From: a virus
IMG/VR virus record: IMGVR_UViG_3300030099_006533
DNA: 64,000 nucleotides
Direction: 5' to 3' (one strand)
Translations under genes and position numbers: made by a program
The notes under the pieces: model-generated
Told to the model about the DNA's origin: nothing
The model's input: the letters and a program-made list of their open reading frames with translations, nothing else
Databases searched by the model: none
In this document: in pieces, positions 12,301-19,961 of the stretch
How the letters are laid out: each line of letters starts with the position of its first letter
How positions within the stretch are numbered: position 1 is the first letter of the stretch

Positions 12301-12453
12301 AATGTTGCTGGCGGCGGCAGCCCTGGGCTTTCTGATATTAACGTCGGAAATTACGACAGCGGATTTAAAGATACTCTGACAGGTGTAGGCTCTCTCGCAG
12401 ACTTTGCGCTTGTCGGCTCACCACTTTCTGGTTACGGGTATGGTGGCTACTAA
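358..12453 (+). CDS. Giant (4031 aa) baseplate wedge-like virion protein with LamG/concanavalin-like domains
   Basis: LamG-type motifs (TVEFWL...WNHYALS...SGSLDEFRYW; again FTVATWV...IHEMAMW). YKSKGTEKSIRNIIRCFG resembles the KGT motif of T4 gp7/P2 gpI-type wedge proteins. Lies in the baseplate gene cluster. Confidence 0.7.
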   Translation: MGIKDLFEKPQQILTSEDAENITKDKVESIEYLDAALRDKERFEPFINYESASNFAYFGSAEKYYDDAIKAIYREYPYDGSDHEIKEYTLRLNYLTKHVLDNQYPRTNGYVTLGKSATYTGAISGSYGPVSSNEYIQVFGGPQTGSHIQYDILSSTGQPIHSVFDYANKLQTDPYALTGLNQGTNPGSRLSNLRLSPTNGVTVEFWLNKAASNASNTKREVVFDLWNGKSQDDDSYGRLLIELTSSATDPVRVTLISGSTSVSDLAVAPAGWASSNVVGNGWNHYALSLESSGTTTTFRFYQNGDLLRTQDQTTADALTEVTGGLRANLGALQTGTTLGGNLGYGLLSGSLDEFRYWTTKRTSEQIGRNWFTQVRGGTNNEPYNTGLGVYFKFNEGIVEDDDTDKRILDYSGRISNGTWVGYPGSTSRNTGSAIVESLAAPSEYKDPIIYKDHPTVVSLTTELKASGSAWDDNNNAYFLNSIPEFIREMDETSPGDGSLTNVTQLMGSYFDTIHHLIGALPKLRATSYLTASAKPYPFATHLLESVGMNAPHMFVQANVLESISARDEDRNYTRDITEVKNLIYQNIYNNLTYIYKSKGTEKSIRNIIRCFGVDEELVRLNLYSTNTTYELKQNTRTKSTRRKFVTFNDPDKFDTNVYQFADPNNANSVGYITGSGVTTVTASLGHEELLGMTAEADFIFPEKLTIKDVGYFPTPFTKSSLFGMHSANGDSLTVPSPDYSNFQVLAIRPSEESQHVYFMLTSSAGMLPELTSSIYLETYSNKRWSLSVRVAPTIPVTNITTGSNISPTYDVHFYGVNIEGGIVENEFHVSGTVEGHVGRNFLRSSKRLYVGADRQNYTGTTITNSDVKASSVKYWASFLENEDLISHAKDPENYGITDPYKSLNLYTKEMGGIYVPKIDTLALNWTFDNVVSASSDPADPSTSDSFFFVDDYSSGSSDIVSENRYGWLTPIIMNQHSGKGDSFLPPESGDVPPIDVEYISTARQTGPEVLNTSDAVQILTQDDDKFTREHSIIQHYYAIEKSMYQTISEEMLNMFASVVDFNNLIGDPVNRYRQEYKDLGKLRQLFYERIGNTPDLDRYIEFYKWIDSAVTTVIQQLIPASAEVSEELHNMVESHVLERNKYWTKFPTIEFKQSDPEAGLRGVTELTYDWKHGHHPVVGDQSDNAVYWKERAERTGAGNLPLEGDASEEVNSDKEEIRKALVTHRSPDQNSLAKPDGTTYSGRTYALRRFTKPYRFQIDEVPEYRSGTNLARNNRADVAKAALEVGGPSTVSSSFVLLGNNMPDIPTNVIVVDGREIKEFKDVNDNDALNTKKIYKGEAIYGKAQTYDQLYDNTYAVTTIAKAVPARILSSSVDSGFNAEWIGTEGLGSTRGGFLTGSTITNIHHDTYGRDQEAPLQGPFTNKYVGGKQSRHVRLNPGTDSFANRPEEWRILIGKAGNPTPLTGAFGFVAQDYPFPDIGRDPVAATGVVAFANSPAPADGDTITISDGVNATIFEFDTNGSVTAGRTAVDISSASNADQRAIALRDAVNSVSGLYVNASTDGVNVNLENTRYGAPGSIGNAILGTVGNVAITTSLTGVPLTVTGMSGGKDPIILNYHAPKATRYREELVKRPVNIKNILQTTASVDTVISDARDHGPIGNYRRNYEIVQTSPRSVNNLYLREPDQAVLTKSEIDMIRPRKPMMDEGREWVRDYDTSGIQDATLPTRTTNETVIVTRFSAPGGFESISRGYLDPAHEEMSPNDVITFRNRLVRGEHQYIATSASIATSSLMTNAEFSGTLFQTGAVGSIYRVSDIHGEPWGLRTHLTRWTSRFGRDSARHYDIDSFSIQPGQLLEEHPGFHKVHRNRTRQNSFITDRTETVTTTTTGVRSATGITFRPGSAGTSGDTFKLQNPNISNMGTTKFTVATWVTFNQEQPNEAALFSLGDTHQKSIASNRPVFLVTVDANEKINLKVFNNTTTKHKHWQTAPNAITASQLHNIIVSYDGTDASNVPLLYVDNHEQTLSTSHVSPAATMNQISNGSYINVGAGNVGGTWGTIKDTTIHEMAMWKEALGSVEFRQIYARGQMPNLTESNGAHPLDGTTFSSKVTDHLVSWWRMGDHTSDPANDAALHVSGALVKDVLANNHLGSMGSVTEITRSTYASVNIAAASNAVYTYGDNYQFHDESKYDNYYIQHTLPRNHTNYSWIRKSVAPSYYSKGFPTASNSIPFITASDYHSVLEPEGHGEREFGVAKDGVSSRLAARDQGSILFTDFAGMNSHVVEPSDAADNVLGHAAGTDLAPSNPGTEYETSTYINSTFLSKPLDNTPTTSSAPLVFNALILHRQGPYGWPTWKQIRGATHPLVRYQSRRTNSWTYIRPDAPELAISSSTGLRTIRPRHGLLHRVNRVTPLTTKFFPLRSSVSVSTPINNKFGKTIVRSLPVDILTPFGNEMNYFNIKKIDKDFNLFKTTPAVYEEVKGMYTRGALETSISPVTEIKKFEYSEIIYPSEENMYLNEVRQKADYQNNFWIGGQQNRLDRAGPTIHGRTTYGKLAQWASDESAASIWPLDTSTGSMNNLVDDSKSITNQRFYLRWGHVDEQSRLFGAGEGELVNRWSYPLKWSGGKFTHSSGSVSASTARLQPEAGPQYAMPQMLHATSSISSPTQPPLVTSSGSRGQEILGIRVTEDPNLYPDGPHFSDANTANPSTPLPLSDERNWLGYIPIFATQTAWDAPTLAGKVEERNLLNTTRALAANVQTVKFVSQSSTPWQSDYDEFKKDVRTKAKDYTVVPEFRIEDHLKDYILNKGSDFLAEQNSLFRMVGMPSGSDAQAANSAEQNFFKVYGTTDFLKHFEVLKNDLEEHYEPSALTLQCNAYLKFNPYDGFYPATRTLQLAAALSASYGQHIKYSGPGLLDPNGDRSTNFDEPIYGETAGVNTDLAFRNFITPLFAPGIMFNTIKSGIACDWPVMLTGSKIYKVRCGASDYWGLGMPNPELDQELHNYLDDVYSASAPKVTLSKRPLSTVESIVPLKNGRFKLKEDYRKLAIQQAMTPASASVGGISNGLAYSGVFDPTGSFPGYKPGYYTVKADLKDLPGLKESTATFTTNADADGIITAIFISTVVEPAVNVGRWDKRIPFEAIISPENYLKDIKLYDYTAHPSASLDVTASWDGTGDDIYSLMTNNFLASVPDFFLRNGSFTSIASRPQDELNLYANAGDVYGMRIKMYRSLNRQRDYSAERVAALRALPYDVPQDPQDDIGLHETFTMYSRSSAFGYPVLGRTHTIRNKTSGDAGHVNNVNTNSPTNTTYPFAIARQLTASYGMNISEEYINLVGGQYSTYGTDECPRVLFGTGSFRSTASGTLDSLQGYNWSYTPPYMHGEAWCDIIFKPTVSKTYSLGEILDSVTVVQRRVDPGFQHVTASTGNKSPQFIPNGYHSSSLYSAENINANAMQLDSCLNLRGLGKVKAFAYSNVGATGRAQVASVKRTVGDSPAWIIQPKFETPMLNFSPLTADKGGTAPRPITDDLLTLPVYGSGTVARGMWHQFGTIPNKNEGVWLEVGDIPKSWLENHPSVEQGADYAPFNATGSFDLHRYRRLDTGERMKSLAGFVGMDTTPKRLGNLRDKITVSEAVVAVPFIEKNNQRHFFKIDPHMVDIILGEETYRRSDQSDEPGDTLRTLVRQMDKYVFPPVFDFVKNRNLVQPVAMYVFEFNMTFDKNDLSYIWQNLMPPSAEKFTTSTSTITHNLLINELMGYSNKKTGKPLSDKVKWMVFKVKQRSSTNYYDKVIASTPELDRLDKISRSRQVTLGSNSDAKYGFNWPYDHFSIVEMAQIKASVEFSALPQNIPTILKVGDAGSRPTKQGQYVKPPIPGQGVLGSTNPRLGSSGGSTPSSGPSISGVEVTPGPLQPPDFPSADRSGLMLDPSRTPGFAPSPAERLLDPSLQEVTGITNEEILYDMDRYSSGPLAGVDVTAGPFVQPADDGTTPEILINVAGGGSPGLSDINVGNYDSGFKDTLTGVGSLADFALVGSPLSGYGYGGY

Positions 12454-12468
12454 TTTTAAAAAAGCTTG

Positions 12469-12476
12469 ACTATGTA
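12469..12476 (+). promoter_or_regulatory. Variant late-promoter-like motif ACTATGTA
   Basis: One mismatch to ACTATTTA, in the 48-nt gap before 12502. The same variant occurs at 46874. Confidence 0.4.
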
Positions 12477-12501
12477 TCATTTGAAAAGGAACGATCAATA
12501 A

Positions 12502-13545
12502 ATGGCATTTTTCAATAAAAAAGAAGATGTTATAGATATTAAGCTCACACAATACGGAAAGAGCTTGTTGGCCAAAGGAAAATTCAAGCCAGTATCCTAT
12601 GCATTCTTTGATGACAATGTTCTGTATGATATTGCTTATGCTGGTGACAGTGAGGATCAGAACGACATAGAGCCTAGAATCCAAGAAGATACCCCATCTT
12701 TACGAGCCCAGCACATTTTTTACGGTGCAGAAACCGAAGTGAAACGAATCGTCAATGAAGTCCGCGGCACAAATGGTGAAGTTCCAACAGTACAGCCAGT
12801 GGCAGACAAACATTATGCTTTATCAGCCCCGCTAGGAACTTCTGCTCTACACACTACGGAGATTCCAGCATGGCAAATTAGATTTTTTGGCTCAGAACTA
12901 TTGGGTTCTATAGAGTATGCAACGGGTTCTCATCCAACAACAAAGATTCCGCAACTAAGATCGGAAATCGTTTACAAAACACAAATACGAGACGTAAATG
13001 CACCAGCACCAGTTCGCCAAGAATCAATGAGAATGGCCCAGCAAGAATATACAGACACTACGTCTTTGTTTCAAGACGGTACATATTTCTACACAGTAGG
13101 CGATCAGCTATTGATTGAGATTGATGAAAAAAATACAGACTTCATGAATGACAATTTTATGATTGAAATTTTTGAAGTAGAGGAAGTTGATGTATCTGGG
13201 AGCATTAGCACACCCTCAGTCTTGAACCCAACAAAAAAAGAGGTGTTGAGACCATTGAATTTTAGAAAAAAAAGAAGTAACGTGGTCAACAATGTTTTGG
13301 TTGATTATGACGACACTCGGGCTACGCCTGAATCTATGGATGACGTTTCATACTATTTTGATGTACGAGTAGATTCTGAAATTCCAACAGAAACTCTGTG
13401 CGCTATTTATCAACAGCTAAAGTCTGCCGGCGAAGAACTCGGTTCTCTAGAAACACTAGACTTAAACTGCCCAGAAGCAGAGGTACCATTTAACCTATAC
13501 GCCAGCAATATTACTGATGAGGATATTGAAGAATGCAAAGATTAA
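12502..13545 (+). CDS. Baseplate-module structural protein, N-terminal paralogue of 19962
   Basis: MAFFNKKEDVIDIKLTQYGKSLLAKGKFKPVSYAFFDDNVLY aligns with MAFLDNSGDIILDAVLTDTGRFRLAKGDGSFKITKFALGDDEIDY. Confidence 0.6.
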   Translation: MAFFNKKEDVIDIKLTQYGKSLLAKGKFKPVSYAFFDDNVLYDIAYAGDSEDQNDIEPRIQEDTPSLRAQHIFYGAETEVKRIVNEVRGTNGEVPTVQPVADKHYALSAPLGTSALHTTEIPAWQIRFFGSELLGSIEYATGSHPTTKIPQLRSEIVYKTQIRDVNAPAPVRQESMRMAQQEYTDTTSLFQDGTYFYTVGDQLLIEIDEKNTDFMNDNFMIEIFEVEEVDVSGSISTPSVLNPTKKEVLRPLNFRKKRSNVVNNVLVDYDDTRATPESMDDVSYYFDVRVDSEIPTETLCAIYQQLKSAGEELGSLETLDLNCPEAEVPFNLYASNITDEDIEECKD

Positions 13546-16500
13546 CACCAGTTTCGGGTCAGCCAATGATGCAAGGTGTTTTGCCAACACCTCGTATCCG
13601 ACAAGTAAAGTTGTCATACTCTCCTCTGCCTCCTCGTGTTAACAATCCACACATTGATCACGAACGCGAAGTTATCATTTATAAAGATCGTGCAGGCAAG
13701 CAAAAGCTAAAACATCCTGGGTTTTTAGTCAAAAAAGATCCTAGAAATCTTTTAGTTGAAGTTACCGTGGTCCTTATGGACGAAATTAAGCAGAACGGTC
13801 AATCAAATTGGGTTTATGAACAAGATCTTGTAAAGTACATGCACCTACAGCTGGTTCATTCCGAAAACAAAGAATTTACAAAGATGCTGAAAAGTGGTCA
13901 AGTAACTCCGGTCCCTTCTGAGATTAACAAGCATCGCCCAAACAACAACACAGTAAAAGTAGAAACTAGATCTTTATCTAATATTGTGGGCCTAGAAGGT
14001 TTTTACAAGGACGAAAACTTTGAACCAGGGACTCAAGAATTAGTGCTTAAGTTTAAGTTTGCTGTTAATACAGCAAGCCCTGAGCATCTTACCTATTTTA
14101 CAAATGTATATTTTGATGTTGAGCAGATGGCTAACGATTATAGCTTAAATTTGTCAAAAGAGATGTTGTTCTCTTCATGTGGCAATACAACTGTTGAAGC
14201 TGTCTACAGGGATGGCCAACGTGTTAGCACAGCAAAGATGTATATGTCCGCAGGTACATCCAACGCATACGCTGGCCCGGTGTACAAGGTCGCTTCTAAT
14301 AAATACATCCCAGCAAACACCTTAAACGATAATTTGATTCGTAGAGATATGCTGCAAGTTTTAGCATCCCTGCCAAATGTACCAGCAAACTCTACAGGTG
14401 CACAGTACAAAAAACATCTTGAAAATATCACAAAGAAAGATTCGGACAAGCACACAAAGTATGAACAAGTTAAAAAAATGTTGTCAAGTTGGAAGAAAAG
14501 AAGCCCAAACACAATGTCTGGACGAATTTATGATCTTGTGCATGGAAAAATGAAATTGTACAACAACATCATTAACAAAGCTTCAACTTTAAATGTAAAA
14601 GTTATTTCAAACTCAACGATTAAAGATGAAAGAACGATTGAACAATTAAGCATAATTCCAAATCTTATACCGCAGCCAAGTGACGAAGATGCGGCCACAG
14701 TAGATATCCGCAACAAAGATTATAATACTACGTCTGCAACTATAGGCCACAAGCAACCTGCTGCAAGATATTTTAGCCCTTGTATGTTAACAAGAGACTC
14801 GATGAGTTCTTGTCGTCTAAGTTTTGTTCTTGACTGGTACCTGTTGGCGGTAGAATCTAGCGCACATAAAAACATGATTCAGCGCTCCTCAAGAGACATA
14901 CAACAACTACTGTTTTCAAAAATTAGCCTGCAAGGCGCACGCTTGATCAGGGAGCGTATCGATGACGAGAAAGTCCTTCAGCAGTTTGATAACCACATGA
15001 CTCGCGACAGAGAATCGATTGTAGAAGTGATTGCACACGCCACTCCGCAAAGTAATGGTATGTTGGCCGGCCACCGCTTTAAAAAAAGTATATCTTCAAC
15101 AGAAGATAAGAGAGTGGGAACCTTTTCAGAAATTTCATTGGCCGGAATCACTAGTAACAACAGAAGAGCTTTTGCTGCAAGAGACGTTTCCGTAGCTAAT
15201 AGAAAGACTGGTAGCTTTCGCTATAGGGTGGAACTACAATACATTGACAAAATTAGTGAATTCTTGTATGAAAAAATAAAAGAGCTTCGCAAAGCTAGCC
15301 GCCGTATTAGAGACTATTATAATATGTCTAATTTGGCTTGCAATTATGATGAGGCAAACGACAGGTTCTCTGAGTTTTACATTTCAGGGCTGTATAAAAA
15401 GTATTCGTTCCCCAACCCAGATGTGGTAGCTGCAATGACTCAGCAAGAGTTAACAGTAATGCTGCAGAACGGCTCTATTACTACTGCGCCTTGGATCACA
15501 CCGATTGCGAAATATGTTGAAATCTTACAAATTGTAGCAGCACTATCTTCTGCTGATGCTACCGAGTTAGCTAAAAAAATGTACTTAGAGCTAGAGCCTT
15601 CTTTTGCGACTCCCGATTCAATCTTGACCACTGTAAACAGATTTGAAAGCTTAGAACAGCAGATAATTGACATGATCCTAATCGATGAACCGGCCACGGC
15701 CAGCTATCTTAGCGACAATTCAAAGATTGTTCGAAAATTAACAAAATCACAAACTGTGTCTTATCTGTTTCCTGAAGTTTACAACAACAAGACCCTTTCA
15801 AATGTGGGTACAAAATACTTGTATTACGATCAGGAAACCGAACCCGGCCTTGCTAAGATTACGAGAAATGATTTCATTAAACGTATGGCTGAAGAAGAGG
15901 TCCGATTTTATACGAATCAACCGGCTGGCTCAAAGGATGCAATTCAAGATATGCTGACATATAGATATTCGTATATTGCGCCTGCACATATCAAAGTGGG
16001 TTCTCGTAATTTAATGCTGCTTAATAGGGGGCCGGCCTTATACGAAACAGAACAATACAAAGACATGATGTTTAGCATTTCATTGTTGCAAGCTCACCCC
16101 GCAGCCCGGTCTATGACGATGCCTGTGTTAAACTTTAGCCCTGGCACGTTTGATCCTACGACAACGGCGGACCTACAAGCAGCCAAGATTAACGCTGCAG
16201 CTACCTCGCTACTGTCGCTCTATGGGATTACAATTTCGGCACAGACGCCATATTTATCCACTAGGCTTACCGACAGTGACCCCCTTGTAGAAGTCACATC
16301 TATTTTGGGAGAAAACACTCTTTTAGCAATTAGAAATGCCATATCGTCCTCTGCCGAAGAATCTGCGGATCTAGATGACATTGGTACGATCAAGCCAGAT
16401 ATGCAAATCAGTGTTGCGGATGTAAGCTCAATTGCATCATCATTGGTCGGAACCCTTGCATCTACTGGTCTGCAAAACTTTTTAGGAACAAAATCTGCGT

Positions 16501-17393
16501 ACTCGCAAGTTGCCACAATCGATATGGAATCACGCCAGAAAATGCAGTTTGCAAAAACTTTAGAATTTTTTGATATTGCAAATCCTAAAAACGCAATTTC
16601 TGCCCAAACAACTTATCAAACTGGCCCTGAAAGCGGAACTAAGATTAGAAAAATTCCAAACCAAGTAAAAAGCCTATTTCTTGCAAAAACAAATCAAGTT
16701 GCTCCTGCCAAGCAGTGGCACACGATGGAGGTTGACCCAATAGCATCACCAGATACCAGGCCCTTGTTCGAACTTTTATATTTTAATCTTCAAAAGATTG
16801 AAGTATTAAAAGGTTTTTCTACCAATGCATTAAACAACAGATTGATGAAGGCACCGATATATGAGCTACTAACCGCGGACCACCTAAATGGAAAGGGGCA
16901 ATTGCTTTGCAAATTAACAAGATACAGAAACGATACGCTTCATATCGGAGACTCACAATTGCTAGACCTGCCGGTCTATAATCAATATTTTATTCTAGAC
17001 TTAAGCTCAAATAACACAGTAGCCTCCAACAACATTGCTGAATCTGGCCTTTATACGGCCGGCGGAGAATACCAAACACCAGACGGAACTAATTATATTG
17101 GTGATTATCACATTCACAAAGATAAAACAGCTATGACCGGCAAAGAAATGTCAGCAGGAGAAGTAGTGTTGACTCCATACAGTAAGACAACTACAGACCA
17201 GGGCTTTGCAGCCGCCCAGTTAAATGCAAAAATGGCCCCGTCAATGTCAGAGATACAATCGCAAGTTGTAACAACAATGATAACTGAACACTATACCCAA
17301 AAGGATGTACAGACAGATTACTGTGCCACTGAAGATGTAATTTTAGCAGTAGGCGCCCAGGACTATATTAAACTTAGCGGAGGCAGCTTTTAA
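13533..17393 (+). CDS. Large hypothetical virion protein (1286 aa)
   Basis: Long ORF overlapping both neighbours (coupled). C-terminal LYTAGGEY..PDGTNYIGDYHIH motif. No catalytic motif recognised. Confidence 0.6.
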   Translation: MQRLTPVSGQPMMQGVLPTPRIRQVKLSYSPLPPRVNNPHIDHEREVIIYKDRAGKQKLKHPGFLVKKDPRNLLVEVTVVLMDEIKQNGQSNWVYEQDLVKYMHLQLVHSENKEFTKMLKSGQVTPVPSEINKHRPNNNTVKVETRSLSNIVGLEGFYKDENFEPGTQELVLKFKFAVNTASPEHLTYFTNVYFDVEQMANDYSLNLSKEMLFSSCGNTTVEAVYRDGQRVSTAKMYMSAGTSNAYAGPVYKVASNKYIPANTLNDNLIRRDMLQVLASLPNVPANSTGAQYKKHLENITKKDSDKHTKYEQVKKMLSSWKKRSPNTMSGRIYDLVHGKMKLYNNIINKASTLNVKVISNSTIKDERTIEQLSIIPNLIPQPSDEDAATVDIRNKDYNTTSATIGHKQPAARYFSPCMLTRDSMSSCRLSFVLDWYLLAVESSAHKNMIQRSSRDIQQLLFSKISLQGARLIRERIDDEKVLQQFDNHMTRDRESIVEVIAHATPQSNGMLAGHRFKKSISSTEDKRVGTFSEISLAGITSNNRRAFAARDVSVANRKTGSFRYRVELQYIDKISEFLYEKIKELRKASRRIRDYYNMSNLACNYDEANDRFSEFYISGLYKKYSFPNPDVVAAMTQQELTVMLQNGSITTAPWITPIAKYVEILQIVAALSSADATELAKKMYLELEPSFATPDSILTTVNRFESLEQQIIDMILIDEPATASYLSDNSKIVRKLTKSQTVSYLFPEVYNNKTLSNVGTKYLYYDQETEPGLAKITRNDFIKRMAEEEVRFYTNQPAGSKDAIQDMLTYRYSYIAPAHIKVGSRNLMLLNRGPALYETEQYKDMMFSISLLQAHPAARSMTMPVLNFSPGTFDPTTTADLQAAKINAAATSLLSLYGITISAQTPYLSTRLTDSDPLVEVTSILGENTLLAIRNAISSSAEESADLDDIGTIKPDMQISVADVSSIASSLVGTLASTGLQNFLGTKSAYSQVATIDMESRQKMQFAKTLEFFDIANPKNAISAQTTYQTGPESGTKIRKIPNQVKSLFLAKTNQVAPAKQWHTMEVDPIASPDTRPLFELLYFNLQKIEVLKGFSTNALNNRLMKAPIYELLTADHLNGKGQLLCKLTRYRNDTLHIGDSQLLDLPVYNQYFILDLSSNNTVASNNIAESGLYTAGGEYQTPDGTNYIGDYHIHKDKTAMTGKEMSAGEVVLTPYSKTTTDQGFAAAQLNAKMAPSMSEIQSQVVTTMITEHYTQKDVQTDYCATEDVILAVGAQDYIKLSGGSF

Positions 17394-19909
17394 TGTCTAT
17401 TAGTAAAAAGGCTACATACATCGCACCCGGCCAAGTGGACGGTTCTAGTGATCCTCTACGCGCCCAACTAAAAGCACACTGGGTTACCATTAGTCCAAAT
17501 CCCAATTCATCTAAAAGTCACCTAATGTATTTGGCGAAAGATAAAAAAATGGGTCAAAGCGCAGTCATTAATGGTCGTTCATACTCTGAAGAGGTGGACA
17601 ATGACAATACAGCTTTACCATCTAAAAAAGTTACAATGAGGATTTACGGAGACTCAACAAAATTCGTAAATCAAAGTCATTGGAATGCATTTGTGCTAGG
17701 AGGCTCTTATAACGGACAGACGTTTACACCTGCAATAAACACAGGTCAGATGTTTAGGGACCATACTTTTACAGTCGACCAGCCCTTTTCAAACAAAGAG
17801 TCAAAAGAAATAGGAGGAGTCAAGGTAAAAACTAGCAATGTTAATCTTGAATACAATTATTATCAAGAATCATATGAAACAATGATGGGCAGGTTATCTG
17901 ATGAAAAATTGATTCCTAACCTGTATGCATTGTACTCTTTAAAAGAAGGGAATGTTGACGGTGCGACAGCTGGCAGAAATGCAATTTTTAAAACGCATGT
18001 GTCTCTTGCCGGCCGCTTGACAGTTAATCAAATTAATAAGTTTACAGATAAAGGTTCTGAAAACCCTCTTGCCTCAAACAGTACACAATACTTGGAATCG
18101 TTCGCCAGAGCAATCAACCGGCGCACCTTTAACGAAAACTCAGACCCGTACCGGCAAGTTACAACAGCATATCACAACATTATGATGTCACCTAGTTCGA
18201 TTTCTATGTTAAAGTACAATAATAAAAAACAAATGTTTCCGATGTATTCTGAGATTACATTTGCAACAGATAAGACCACGCAATTCACTCAGATTCTAAA
18301 AGATGCTAATATGGGCGCCCTCTTTATGAAAGATGTGTATGGTGCGTCTGTTGGAGGAATCCGCTGGCCAGCAAGTCGCAACCCTCATTTGGTAGCAACA
18401 ATTTTGCCATATGAAAAGCAAAACGGCTTAGGCAAAAAGAATGTTGAAACTGTATCTAGTATGAGACAAACATCGGTTCGCATGTGGAACGTTCAAGACT
18501 GGCTCCAGCATTTTAATCAAGCCTCGCCTGCAGTTATGGAAACTGGCATTTTTATTGGCCAAGACAACAAAGAAATTCAAATGGCTTACAAGAGCGATTT
18601 TGGATTTTATAAGAAAATGATGAGTATGATCTTTTCTGGCAAATTAAGAACTTTAGTAAAAAGTCAACAGAGAAGGTTTGAAGATATCCTAGACGGAGAT
18701 AGTTGTTATTCAGAAGAGGTTATGTACAAAGTAGAAAAGTTTTTGGGTGAATCTACTACACCAATTCAAACTTTCTGGCTAGCAAACACAAACGAGGTGG
18801 ATGTTATAAACTTTATTGATACGCAAGTTAAATTTGGCCAAAGATACCGGTATGAAGCAACGGTGTATAGCTTGGTAATTGGCTCAACATATGTTTACAG
18901 CAACTTGTCGACAAGCCGTAGAGTCACTAGGAAGTGCGTTGAATTGGTAGACTCGATATCAGGAGAGCCAACTACACCACGCGTCCCTGGCCATGTAATC
19001 GTAAATAATGTAAGCGGCCTCCGAACTGCTATCGAGGTGCCGTCAGATAAAAGATTTATGGCCGAAGTAGACGTTACAGTGTTCCCCAATGTGTTTATTG
19101 CAGAGACTCCGTTTTTTACGCACTCGGGAAGACTGATTGACGATCCTCCGTTAGCCCCAGAAATTGACATTGTTCCTTTCCGAACCGACAGCAGGTTCCT
19201 AAAATTTATTATGCAAAGCTCAACAGGCCATCTTGTAATGGATCCAATCGAGATCAATGATGAGGACAGACAAATGGTCAGGATGATCAGAATAGCAAAG
19301 AATCTTAACAATACAGACCCGATCATGTATTCGGCAGATGATCATCCGATAGCATTTCAAATTTACCGTACAGAATCGCCACCAAAAACGTATGCAGACT
19401 TCCAAGGAAATATTAGGAAAACTGTACCCACTGATATTTCTCTTGATACACCACAAAAAGCTACTGCGACTGCCTACATCGATCAAATTAAATCAAATCA
19501 GAAATATTACTACATGTTTAGGGCAATCGACATTCACAATAAGATTGGCGCCCCCACAGCAGTATACGAGGTGGAGATGGTTAGTGACAAGGGGGCCTTT
19601 TATCCAGTAATTAGAATATACGATATGGACACTAGACATGACGTTGTTAAGACTAAAACTGGTAGAAGATTCATTCAAGTTATCCCAAATGTTGAACAAA
19701 CACTAATTAATGAGAGTAAATCCGAGTTTGATAGCTTTGGTTCTGCAAAAGATGTCAAAGGCAACCTAACGTATGGCTATTCGCAAGAGTCGATTTGGAA
19801 CAAGAAATTTAAGCTCCGACTGACTTCTAAGAAAACTGGGAAAAAAATTGACATCAATTTAAGATTTAAAACTAAGAGAGTAAAGACAGATTTAGAAGAA
19901 AGTTCGTAA
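17393..19909 (+). CDS. Hypothetical virion protein (838 aa), beta-rich C-terminus (possible Fn3/Ig-like)
   Basis: TAATG overlap with the upstream gene. C-terminal FQIYRT...KYYYMFRAID pattern is typical of Fn3-like beta sandwiches. Confidence 0.55.
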   Translation: MSISKKATYIAPGQVDGSSDPLRAQLKAHWVTISPNPNSSKSHLMYLAKDKKMGQSAVINGRSYSEEVDNDNTALPSKKVTMRIYGDSTKFVNQSHWNAFVLGGSYNGQTFTPAINTGQMFRDHTFTVDQPFSNKESKEIGGVKVKTSNVNLEYNYYQESYETMMGRLSDEKLIPNLYALYSLKEGNVDGATAGRNAIFKTHVSLAGRLTVNQINKFTDKGSENPLASNSTQYLESFARAINRRTFNENSDPYRQVTTAYHNIMMSPSSISMLKYNNKKQMFPMYSEITFATDKTTQFTQILKDANMGALFMKDVYGASVGGIRWPASRNPHLVATILPYEKQNGLGKKNVETVSSMRQTSVRMWNVQDWLQHFNQASPAVMETGIFIGQDNKEIQMAYKSDFGFYKKMMSMIFSGKLRTLVKSQQRRFEDILDGDSCYSEEVMYKVEKFLGESTTPIQTFWLANTNEVDVINFIDTQVKFGQRYRYEATVYSLVIGSTYVYSNLSTSRRVTRKCVELVDSISGEPTTPRVPGHVIVNNVSGLRTAIEVPSDKRFMAEVDVTVFPNVFIAETPFFTHSGRLIDDPPLAPEIDIVPFRTDSRFLKFIMQSSTGHLVMDPIEINDEDRQMVRMIRIAKNLNNTDPIMYSADDHPIAFQIYRTESPPKTYADFQGNIRKTVPTDISLDTPQKATATAYIDQIKSNQKYYYMFRAIDIHNKIGAPTAVYEVEMVSDKGAFYPVIRIYDMDTRHDVVKTKTGRRFIQVIPNVEQTLINESKSEFDSFGSAKDVKGNLTYGYSQESIWNKKFKLRLTSKKTGKKIDINLRFKTKRVKTDLEESS

Positions 19910-19916
19910 GTTGCGT

Positions 19917-19942
19917 ACTATTTACAATTGTCACTATTTATA
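19917..19942 (+). promoter_or_regulatory. Tandem late-promoter-like motifs ACTATTTA (19917-19924, 19933-19940)
   Basis: Two exact copies in a 52-nt intergenic gap upstream of 19962. Confidence 0.65.
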
Positions 19943-19961
19943 AAAGGAAGAGGATTGACAC

